From an uncultured delta proteobacterium (lineage in GTDB: Bacteria > Myxococcota > Kuafuiibacteriia > Kuafuiibacteriales > Kuafuiibacteriaceae), in assembly GCA_963803435.1 (NCBI GenBank), contig CAWDML010000012.1, positions 1 to 32,000 on the forward strand: a DNA stretch of 32,000 nt. Direction: 5' to 3'. This document shows positions 9,663-16,278 of this stretch, in pieces. The translations under genes were made by a program, and so were the position numbers. The notes under the pieces are model-generated. The model did no database searches, was not told the origin of the DNA, and saw only the letters and a list, made by a program, of their open reading frames with translations. How positions within the stretch are numbered: the stretch's first letter is position 1; each line of letters begins with the position of its first letter.

Positions 9663-10223
9663 CTACAGCGCCGTCGCTTCCAACTCTGCGCGGACGTGGT
9701 CCGGCATCGCTAGCCCGATCGGCAACCATACCGTATCGGGTGCTTCGAGCTTCGTCAGCCACAGGGCATAGTCGGCAACCTCGAGCTTCGCTGCGAGCCG
9801 TCTGAGCGGTCCTTCGTCCTCTCCGTCGTCGGTTCCTTCGTACGTATACATGAAGCCCTCGTGCACGGTGCAAGCGCCCGTGCGCCGCTCACGCAGGCAG
9901 GTCCACACGGTAGGGGTCGCATTCTCTTCTCCAACGGCGTCACCGAGGTAGCCCGAGACGCCGGGGCCGAAGCCAGCTCCACCGAAGTCGCCGGGCATGT
10001 CGGCAAAGAACAGATATGGATCCCGCGGCGCACTGTCGGATAGTCGCCAATCGAAGTGGATGAAGAGCATCCCGGGCATCTCTCGGTGATACGAAAACGC
10101 GACTTTGAGGTTCTCGGTATTCAGCGGCGCGGCCTCATCACAGGCCGTCTCGTTGATGGCGCCGAGGATCTTTGCAACGGCGGCCTTCTCGAAAGGTTTC
10201 AGCACGAGAGCTCCGATGTCCAT
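9663..10223 (-). CDS. hypothetical protein (186 aa, acidic)
   Basis: Clean ORF from an ATG with balanced composition (MDIGALVLKPFEKAAVAKILGAINE...FIHFDWRLSDSAPRDPYLFFADMPGDFGG...). No family was recognised. The size, acidity and position after a small ORF would fit an immunity-type protein, but that is speculation. Confidence 0.6.
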   Translation of the reverse strand: MDIGALVLKPFEKAAVAKILGAINETACDEAAPLNTENLKVAFSYHREMPGMLFIHFDWRLSDSAPRDPYLFFADMPGDFGGAGFGPGVSGYLGDAVGEENATPTVWTCLRERRTGACTVHEGFMYTYEGTDDGEDEGPLRRLAAKLEVADYALWLTKLEAPDTVWLPIGLAMPDHVRAELEATAL

Positions 10224-10235
10224 GGGATCGCCCGC

Positions 10236-10460
10236 CTAGCACACCGACAGTCGAACGGCCAACGCCGAGCCCTCGGGCTCCATCGCGCCGTCGCAGGACG
10301 GGCATGAGAGGCGTTGCGGCCGGACTTGGAAAGGATGCGTCCTGAGGCTCGCCTTGCCGTCGTGCTGGGCGGCCTCATCGAGCAGCACTCGAATCCCGGA
10401 AGAGCCTCCGTCGAACGAGCGCCCGATGGAGGCCGAGGAGGGTGGAGGGTCGCACGGCAA
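10236..10460 (-). CDS. small hypothetical ORF (74 aa) upstream of and 12 nt from the 9663..10223 gene
   Basis: Third-position GC is about 80 % in this frame. It ends CPSCDGAMEPEGSALAVRLSVC. It may be the tail of a truncated larger gene. Support is weak. Confidence 0.3.
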   Translation of the reverse strand: MPCDPPPSSASIGRSFDGGSSGIRVLLDEAAQHDGKASLRTHPFQVRPQRLSCPSCDGAMEPEGSALAVRLSVC

Positions 10461-10700
10461 CTGCCACCTTCGGGATCCTCTTCGCAGACAAGCACAGCGT
10501 ACCGAGGGCCAGCAGCAACCGATTCACTCCTGGCGGGCTTCGGCTGGTGCTGCCCGCGTACCTCGCCGTGCCCCTGTTCTTCGGCGGCTCCATCGTGGTG
10601 CAGGCGATTGGGATGCCCCAAGTCGCGTATCTCGCCCACCTCGGTGGGGGGCTTGCCGGGATCGCCTGTGGGTTGGTCCTGCGCCGGACGCCAGTCCCGG
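10448..10700 (+). pseudogene. rhomboid-family intramembrane protease, C-terminal remnant (TM4-TM6 region)
   Basis: ATFGILFA...LVLPAYLAVPLFFGGSIVVQAIGMPQVAYLAHLGGGLAGIACGLVLRR contains the rhomboid TM6 signature AHLGG..G about 55 aa after a degenerate G.SG..FG-like segment. Third-position GC is about 85 %. There is no N-terminal half, and the in-frame upstream sequence is not rhomboid-like. Confidence 0.35.
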
Positions 10701-10919
10701 AGGTCTATGCGACCTTCGAACGCCGGCGCGAGGTTACGAGCGGAACACGCACACCAAACCAGCGGCGGACCTCGCCGGCCGAAGAAGGCGTAGAGGACGG
10801 GCAAGGAGAGAGGCGGGACAGGGACCGCTCCGCCCCGCCCCCGACGAGCGGCCGCGCAGCGGACGCAATGTCGAAGGGCCCGCACCACGCTCCGACATCG
10901 TCGCTCTGTCTACCACGGC

Positions 10920-11249
10920 GTGCGCATCGAGGTCGCGCCGACGTGCGGTGTCATCGAAGGACTCGGCGCGGGTAGCCATGAGCTTTTGGTGGCGGTCGCC
11001 GTCGGACCTGCTCTTCCGCTGCCTTCCACGACACCCATCGATCTCCGTGATCTCCTCGCGCGTGCTCCGCGAATCTCGGGCGTGAGTTTCCGCGGGGAGA
11101 AGGCCGTCGTGCTGATGGCCGACGGCGACGCGCGCTGGGAGCTCCGGCTACCGGCGCTGATCCGCGGTCAGCTGGTCGTGGGCCTCAGCGACCTCGTCGA
11201 GATCGAGGCTGCGGTGCCCATCCAGCGCGAGGAGGTTACGGACCGGTGA
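10920..11249 (+). CDS. hypothetical protein or coding remnant
   Basis: The C-terminal 60 codons (ISGVSFRGEKAVVLMADGDARWELRLPALIRGQLVVGLSDLVEIEAAVPIQREEV) have about 90 % third-position GC. The N-terminal part is less convincing and the start (GTG 10920) is uncertain. Confidence 0.35.
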   Translation: MRIEVAPTCGVIEGLGAGSHELLVAVAVGPALPLPSTTPIDLRDLLARAPRISGVSFRGEKAVVLMADGDARWELRLPALIRGQLVVGLSDLVEIEAAVPIQREEVTDR

Positions 11250-11449
11250 GCCGGCGAGGTAACCGCCGCTGTCGCCAGCGGCAGCGCGGCCGCGCTGCTG
11301 AGTGTGCCGCGCGCGTCGGTGATTGCCGGCAGATCCCTGGCTGGGCGCGGAGCTGGAGCCTCCGCGGCCGCGGCGGCATGACCGTGAGCTTCGAGTTTGA
11401 CGACCGGGAGCTGGTCGCCCCCGCTAACGGGCCCATCAGCGCCGACGAG

Positions 11450-12154
11450 GTAGAGGCGCATCGACTCCTTGAGCACCATCTCGGCGAACGGGAAGCGCTC
11501 CAGATCCGGGACCAGCGCGCCCTCCGACGCGAGGACCGACTCGGCCTCGGCGGCGACGCGATCCTGCGCCTCCGGGCGGCCGGCCAGGAGGTGGAGGCTC
11601 CAGACGGGCGCGGTGGCGGTGGTCTCGTTGCCGGCGAGGAGCAGCACGACGGCCTCGTCGCGCGCCTGCCGATCGGTCATGCCGGTTCGATCGCCCTCCT
11701 CATCCACCGCGAGCAGCATCATCGAGAGGAGGTCGCCTCGATCCTCGTTGGTGCGACGGCGGTCGGCGATCATCTCGTTGACCACGTGATCGAGGAACGC
11801 GATCGCGTCCTTCGTGCGGCGCTTGTACACGAGCGGGAACCAGTCGGGCGGTACGAACGGCGCGCTGAGATCTCGGAGCGCCGCCTCGTTCAGGACCGCG
11901 ACCTCCCTCGTGAAGCGATCCGCGAAGCGCTGCGCGTCGGCGCCGAAGAGCGACTCCATCACGATCCCCAGCGTCAGGGTCGAGATCTCGTCGGAGATCG
12001 CGACCTCTCCGGCGGGCGGCCACCTGTCGAGCATCGCGTTCGTGCGGCGGAGCATCAGCTCGACGTAGGAGGCGAGCGGCTGCGGACGAAACGCGGGCGA
12101 CACCAGGCGTCGCTGCCGGATCCAGGACGCGCCCTCGTTGAGGACCGCGCCGAC
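11450..12154 (-). pseudogene. cytochrome P450, internal fragment (C-helix to K-helix) lacking the N-terminus and the heme-binding C-terminus
   Basis: VLNEGASWIRQRRLVSPAF carries the C-helix W..RR motif. LLLAGNETTA is the I-helix AG.ETT. VLKESMRLY is the K-helix E..R. After ESMRLY no frame continues as P450, and there is no F..G.R.C.G. An in-frame TAG lies about 25 codons upstream of the homology start, so about 100 N-terminal residues are missing. Confidence 0.75.
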
Positions 12155-12165
12155 TGAAGACGCGC

Positions 12166-12194
12166 TTGACTCTCCGAGATCCGATCCAAATACT
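12166..12194 (+). promoter_or_regulatory. sigma70-like promoter candidate for the tRNA-operon transcript
   Basis: TTGACT (12166-12171), a 17-nt spacer, then AATACT (12189-12194), in a locally AT-richer patch about 50 nt upstream of the tRNA 5' end. Confidence 0.25.
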
Positions 12195-12244
12195 GGTCGC
12201 GACTTCTAGCGTTCCTCACACATCCTCTTCGAACGCATTCCTCC

Positions 12245-12320
12245 TGCGGGGTAGCAGGAGTGGCCCCTGCACCGGGTTAGTCACCCGGCGACGTTGGTTC
12301 GATCCCAACCCCCGCAACCA
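12245..12320 (+). tRNA. atypical tRNA, anticodon AGU (formally Thr), with initiator-tRNA-like acceptor and anticodon stems; CCA encoded
   Basis: A manual cloverleaf gives the following. Acceptor TGCGGGG/CCCCGCA (7 bp, U1:A72). D arm GCAG-GAGTGGCCC-CTGC. Anticodon arm CCGGG-TTAGTCA-CCCGG. Variable loop CGAC. T arm GTTGG-TTCGATC-CCAAC. Discriminator A, then CCA. Total 76 nt. Oddities are A34, a pyrimidine (C) at position 37, and U1. Confidence 0.6.
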
Positions 12321-12325
12321 TTCTC

Positions 12326-12628
12326 ATGCACCACGTCTGCATCGTGCGGCGCGATCTGCCGCGCGGAACCCTGGCTGCGATGCTGATCCATGCCGCAGGC
12401 GAGAGCTCCGGCTCCGTCCCGCCGGGCACGCACGCCGTCGCCCTCGCCGCCGAGGACGAGACCCACCTCGAACGGATCGAGCGGAGACTGATCTTCGAGC
12501 GCATCCCGCACGTGGCGATCCGCGAGCCGGATCCGCCCTGGTGCGGCGCGCTGATGGCAATCGGCCTTCCGCCCGCGCTCCGGCGCTCCCTACCGAGCCT
12601 GTTGAACCAGCTGTCACTCCTCGAGTGA
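12326..12628 (+). CDS. Pth2-like (peptidyl/aminoacyl-tRNA hydrolase II fold) small protein, apparently leaderless
   Basis: The 100-aa ORF reads MHHVCIVRRDLPRGTLAAMLIHAAGES...THAVALAAEDETHLERIERRLIFERIPHVAIREPDPPWCGALMAIGLPPALRRSLPSLLNQLSLLE. It follows the PTH2 pattern (V.IVVR.DL.M..GK.AAQ..HAA ... V.L.v..e..L..l...a...gl......DAG.T....G..T.LaIGP......l....tg.LkLL). The ATG is 5 nt after the tRNA CCA and has no SD. The assignment is from pattern memory, not from a search. Confidence 0.6.
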   Translation: MHHVCIVRRDLPRGTLAAMLIHAAGESSGSVPPGTHAVALAAEDETHLERIERRLIFERIPHVAIREPDPPWCGALMAIGLPPALRRSLPSLLNQLSLLE

Positions 12629-12644
12629 TGGAAAGGAGAGATCC

Positions 12645-12953
12645 GTGAATCTCGATCTCGTTCGGCTGCACGCCGACATGCACACCTGTGAATCGAACCT
12701 CCGCGAGCAGAAGCGCGCGGTCCGCGCGACGCCCACGCCGACGCGCGAGGCCTACCGGACGCTGCGCGACCTGAAGGCCCACGCGACGCTGCTCTACGCG
12801 ATCCGCGCCCGTTCTCGCGGGCGCCTGCACCTGACGAAGGTGACCCGGAGCCACGCGCACCTCTGCCTCCCGGAGATGCCGGTCTTCACCGCCGACGATC
12901 AGACCCGATTCATCGCCGACCGCTGGCGGTCGTACGAATTGGAGGCGGCGTGA
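12645..12953 (+). CDS. hypothetical protein (102 aa, basic)
   Basis: GTG start with an AGGAG 6 nt upstream. The stop overlaps the next start (GTGA at 12950-12953). No family was recognised. Confidence 0.6.
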   Translation: MNLDLVRLHADMHTCESNLREQKRAVRATPTPTREAYRTLRDLKAHATLLYAIRARSRGRLHLTKVTRSHAHLCLPEMPVFTADDQTRFIADRWRSYELEAA

Positions 12954-13261
12954 GCTGGGTGGCTCGCGCCCTCGAGAAGCTCGCCCAGGGCGAGGAGGTC
13001 TGGATCCGCCCGCACGGCGGCTCGATGCGTCCGAGGATCGAGTCCGGCGAGCGCGTCCTGCTGGTGCCGGTGGATCCGGAGGAGGTGGCGGTCGGCGACG
13101 TCGTGCTGGTGCGCGTCGCAGGCAACGTCTACCTGCACCTGGTGAAGGCGGTCGAAGCGAGGCGGGTGCTGATCGGCAACAACAAGGGCGGGATCAACGG
13201 CTGGACCGGGAAGGCGAAGATCTACGGCCGCGCCGTGGAGGTGGAGGGACGTCGCCTCTGA
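12950..13261 (+). CDS. stand-alone S24/S26-like (LexA/signal-peptidase fold) peptidase domain protein
   Basis: HGGSMRPRIESGERVLLVPVDPEEVAVGDVVLVRVAGNVYLHLVKAVEARRVLIGNNKGGINGWTG...IYGRAVEV carries G.SM.P (Ser nucleophile), GD.V.V and a downstream VK (general-base Lys) with the spacing typical of S24/S26 peptidases. Confidence 0.65.
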   Translation: MSWVARALEKLAQGEEVWIRPHGGSMRPRIESGERVLLVPVDPEEVAVGDVVLVRVAGNVYLHLVKAVEARRVLIGNNKGGINGWTGKAKIYGRAVEVEGRRL

Positions 13262-13273
13262 CTCGCGCTCTCC

Positions 13274-13765
13274 TCACGAGAAGGAGATGATGACGCGATA
13301 GCCGAGCACGCCGAGGATCGCGAGCTGATCGAGCGCGCCAAGGCCGAAGCTCAGCGTGCGCCACGGCTGGAGGCTGTTGACGTAGGCGAAGCTGTGGACG
13401 AGGCGCGCTGCGACGAAGATGCCGAAGAGGATCGACGCGGTGAGCGTCGAGACTCCGGTCGCGGTCAGGAGGTAGGCGGTGATCAGGAAGAGCGGGATGT
13501 TCTCGAGGGCGTTGCGGTGCGCGCGGCGGTAGCGCGCGGTCTTCTCGTTGCCACCTTCGTAGACGACGGCGGCGCCAGCGTTGAGCTTCTGGTCCTCCGG
13601 GTTGACGACCTCCTTGCTCCGTGCGCGGGTGAGCGCCGTATTGTTGGCGAGCACCAGAAGGTTGAGGCCGTCCTCAAACCGGGGGGCAAGCTGGCCTGCA
13701 TCGACATCCAACGCACCGCCGAGTACCTCGACGAGCTCGAGAAGCTCGGCGCGACCCGGCGCCAT
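13274..13765 (-). CDS. MAPEG family protein (microsomal glutathione S-transferase 1-like); N-terminus atypical
   Basis: LLVLANNTALTRARSKEVVNPEDQ...GGNEKTARYRRAHRNALENIPLFL...FGIFVAARLVHSFAYVNSLQPWRTLSFGLG aligns by eye with MGST1 (FANPED, RRAH.N.LENI.PF, R..H..AY). The first 30-35 codons, from the ATG at 13765, are hydrophilic and are antisense to a methyltransferase remnant, so the start and TM1 are doubtful. Confidence 0.65.
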   Translation of the reverse strand: MAPGRAELLELVEVLGGALDVDAGQLAPRFEDGLNLLVLANNTALTRARSKEVVNPEDQKLNAGAAVVYEGGNEKTARYRRAHRNALENIPLFLITAYLLTATGVSTLTASILFGIFVAARLVHSFAYVNSLQPWRTLSFGLGALDQLAILGVLGYRVIISFS

Positions 13766-13826
13766 GCGGACCGGGCCGAGCTTCGTCTTCATCATCCCGT
13801 CGTTCACGGTCACTGCAGTGCGCTGA
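13661..13826 (+). pseudogene. class I methyltransferase, 3' remnant with a frameshift
   Basis: VEAVLKPGGKLACIDIQRTAEYLDELEKLGA is in one frame. After a shift near 13745-13760 it continues GAMRTGPSFVFIIPSFTVTAVR, with a stop at 13824-13826. The LKPGG motif and tail are typical of small SAM-MTases. The remnant overlaps the MAPEG 5' end on the opposite strand. Confidence 0.35.
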
Positions 13827-14050
13827 CCTTCGAGCCGCAAAGATCTGCGCCGCGCTCGAGCCCCCTTCCCGACCTGCGTGGCGACCAAGGCGGCGTTCGT
13901 CGAGACCGAGGCGCATCCCGCCAGGCGACGGCGAGGCTCAGGGCGACGAGGGCAGAGATCCACACGGTCGGCCGACATCATCGTCGGTGCGGCGCTCCAG
14001 GATTCATTGGAGCGGTTCGCCCTCGGCCCCGAACGGCGTAGAGTTCCGCG

Positions 14051-14716
14051 ATGCTCCTCCTCGCCCTCTCCTGTCTGCAGGGCCGGCCGATGCGACAGGC
14101 GTTCGACGCGCTGGCTCCGCTCGCCGACGGCGTCCAGCTCACGCCCGGCAACCACCCGACGCCCGGGTTCGCCGAGCACGCGGCGCGATTCGTGGTGCGG
14201 ACCCACCACGGGTTCGCGTACGAGCGCCGCGTGCAGCCGGTGTGGAGCGACGACGCCGAGTGCCTGGTCCGATCGACCTCGGTCCACCCGCCGTCCTCCG
14301 CCCGGATCGACTTCGCCGCGTTCGCCGCCGCCGTCGACGCCGGCGCCCGAATGCCGGTGCTCGAGACCATGTATCCCGGCCATCTGCTGGGCTCCGAGGC
14401 GGAGCTCTCGTGGGCGATGGACCGGCGCCTGCCCCTGGCCGTCGACGTCTCCCACCTGTTCATCCAGCGCTGCGCCGGTGTCCTCGGTGACGCGGCGCTC
14501 CGCCGGATCCTCGACTACGATCGCATCGACGAGATCCACGTCTCGCACAACGACGGGCGCTCCAATCAACACGCCGCCCTCACGGACGCCACCTTCGGCA
14601 TCGACTGGGCGAGAGCGCGCGGGCGCGAGGGGACCTGCGTGGTCCTCGAGTGCTACATGCACCGGATGATCGACGCCGAACGCCGGCGCCAGGTCGAGCA
14701 CGCGAGGGGGAGCTGA
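14051..14716 (+). CDS. xylose-isomerase-like TIM-barrel family protein (sugar-phosphate isomerase/epimerase or DUF692-like), function unknown
   Basis: A 221-aa ORF from an ATG. Elements LSCLQGRPMRQAFDALAPLADGVQLTPG, LAVDVSHL and IDEIHVSHNDG..NQH resemble metal-ligand strands of AP-endonuclease-2/xylose-isomerase-like barrels. Its stop abuts the next ATG (TGAATG). Confidence 0.55.
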   Translation: MLLLALSCLQGRPMRQAFDALAPLADGVQLTPGNHPTPGFAEHAARFVVRTHHGFAYERRVQPVWSDDAECLVRSTSVHPPSSARIDFAAFAAAVDAGARMPVLETMYPGHLLGSEAELSWAMDRRLPLAVDVSHLFIQRCAGVLGDAALRRILDYDRIDEIHVSHNDGRSNQHAALTDATFGIDWARARGREGTCVVLECYMHRMIDAERRRQVEHARGS

Positions 14717-16067
14717 ATGGCGCCGCCCCTCGATGGCGGTTGGTGGTGCGAGAGGTTCGCCGATGACGCCACCGTCCTGGCGATGCGGCGCGACGTGCTC
14801 GAGCGGCGCTTCGCCGCCGTGGTGGCGGGTTATCCGGAGAACCTGCGCTCGGCGGTCCTCGGGCTGGCGCAGTACTGGAACGACAACGCCGACGACGAGG
14901 TGCACGTGACCATCCACCCCTCCGAGCGCGCGGCGGTCGACTGGCCGGACGAGAGCGTGGTGGGCGCCCACGTGGACTGGGGCTATGGCGAGCTGGTGCC
15001 GCCGTTCGAGGCCTACTGTCACGAGCGGGGGAATCAAAGCTTCGACGACCAGCAGAACGCGCGACCGTTCGCGCTGGCGCGCCGGGCGCCCGACGGTCGG
15101 ATCGAGGTGACCCCGCTGGGCCGCCTGGTGCGCCCCTGGCTGGACATGGCGCGCGACCGACCCGAGCCCTGGCCGCTCGACGCCACCGCGAAGGCGCTGT
15201 TCGATCGCACGGAGAGAGCGCCGGTCACGTGCTCGCCGATCACTGGCTCGAGAAGGGCGACCTTCGAGGCGAGTACCTCTCCCTGGTCCTCCACCCCGAG
15301 CCGGACAACTCGATGCGCGAGCGCACCTTCCAGCTGTGGGTCGAGCATCACCGCGCCTGGATGGGCGGCCTCGGACCCTTCGTCCCACGGGGCGCGGCCG
15401 TCTTCGAGCGCGGCTTTCTCAGGGACGTCGGCCTGTACGTCGCGCCCGAGATCGCGCACCACTTCGACGCCGACGACTTCGGGCTCCGTACGGTCGAGCG
15501 CCTCCGCTTCCTCCCTGGAGGCCTGCGCCCGATCGGGCACGGGATGCGGCACCTGCGTGCGCTGGGGCCGATCGACGACCAGGGCGTGCTCGAGGGCTGA
15601 TCACCGGTGCGCCCTTCGCCGTGGAGGAGCTCGAGGTCGAGCCGTCCCACGACGACATCCTGGGGGCGCTCGACAAGACCGACAACCTCCCGCGCCTGCG
15701 CGTCCTCCGGTTGATCGGCGCGGGCGTGACGCCCGGCGCGCTGGCGTGGCTGACCGGGCTCCTGCCCCGGCTCGAGCGCCTGGAGGTGGCGCCCGAGAAC
15801 CTGCCGTTCTCGGAGGTGGTCCATCGATTCACCCGCGCGCGGCCGCCGCTGCCACTACGGATGGTGCAGCTCGATCGAGATGCGCGAGTCGCGGAGGGTT
15901 GGTCGATCCTCTTCGAGGACGGCGCCACGCAGCGCGCGACGGTCGAGCGCACCGGGCTCACCGACGAGACCACGCTCGATCAGCTGGAGGCGGCCCTCGC
16001 GGCCCTGCCGGCCGACACCGCAATCACGGTGCGGCCCGGGCCGCTCTGGGACCCCATGCCACGATGA
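14717..16067 (+). pseudogene. TIGR02996-domain / leucine-rich-repeat protein broken into three reading frames
   Basis: Frame A (14717 to about 15220) is the N-terminal domain ending ATAKALFDRTERAP. Frame B (15229-15600) reads HVLADHWLEKGDLRGEYLSLVLHPE, which is the TIGR02996-type (L/Y)ADWLEE.GD.RGE signature. Frame C (about 15598-16067) reads LITGAPFAVEELEV...LPRLRVLRLIGAGVTPGALAWLTGLLPRLERLEV (LRR-like) up to the TGA at 16065-16067. The shifts lie near 15215-15230 and 15595-15605. Confidence 0.6.
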
Positions 16068-16107
16068 TCTTTCGGCCGACCTTGACGGCTTCGAGTTCCG
16101 GATTAGA

Positions 16108-16175
16108 GTCGGAGCATCGACGTCTGGCCGACGAGGCCCTACAAGCAAAAGTTGGTTCGATTCCAACCTCCGCCA
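16108..16175 (+). pseudogene. degenerate tRNA-like sequence: intact T arm and 3' acceptor strand, broken anticodon arm
   Basis: The T arm is GTTGG-TTCGATT-CCAAC (16151-16167), the 3' acceptor is CTCCGCC (16168-16174) and the discriminator is A. An upstream GTCGGAG (16108-16114) pairs with the acceptor at 6/7 positions. Only 36 nt (instead of about 41) lie between them, and GAGGC-CCTACAA-GC is a truncated anticodon arm. There is no CCA. Confidence 0.4.
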
Positions 16176-16181
16176 CTCTGG

Positions 16182-16228
16182 GGCGGGGTAGCCGAATGGA
16201 TAGGCAACGATCTCATAAATCGTCAAAA
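16182..16228 (+). pseudogene. tRNA 5' half (acceptor 5' strand, D arm, CAU anticodon arm, CAAAA variable loop) with no T arm downstream
   Basis: The half reads GGCGGGG-TA-GCCG-AATGGAT-AGGC-A-ACGAT-CTCATAA-ATCGT-CAAAA. The acceptor 5' strand pairs 7/7 (one G:U) with the CTCCGCC that lies 7 nt UPSTREAM. It is followed by a non-tRNA sequence ending in CCCCTTTTTGTTTTG. Confidence 0.45.
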
Positions 16229-16278
16229 CGATGGCTTCGGCACTCGGACGTCTCCCCTTTTTGTTTTGAGCCTTTGCC

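Noticed and set aside
13766-15388. The upstream 540 codons of the 704-aa minus-strand ORF.
   Set aside because: Only the last 163 codons (MAPEG) look like protein. The rest is Arg/Gly/Pro-rich and is antisense to the TIM-barrel and TIGR02996 coding frames.
16181-16260. A complete tRNA-Met reading GGGGCGG...CTCATAA...TCTCCCC.
   Set aside because: There is no T arm (no GTTCRA-type loop) after the anticodon arm. The terminal GGGG/CCCC pairing is only 4 bp. Only the 5' half is tRNA-like.
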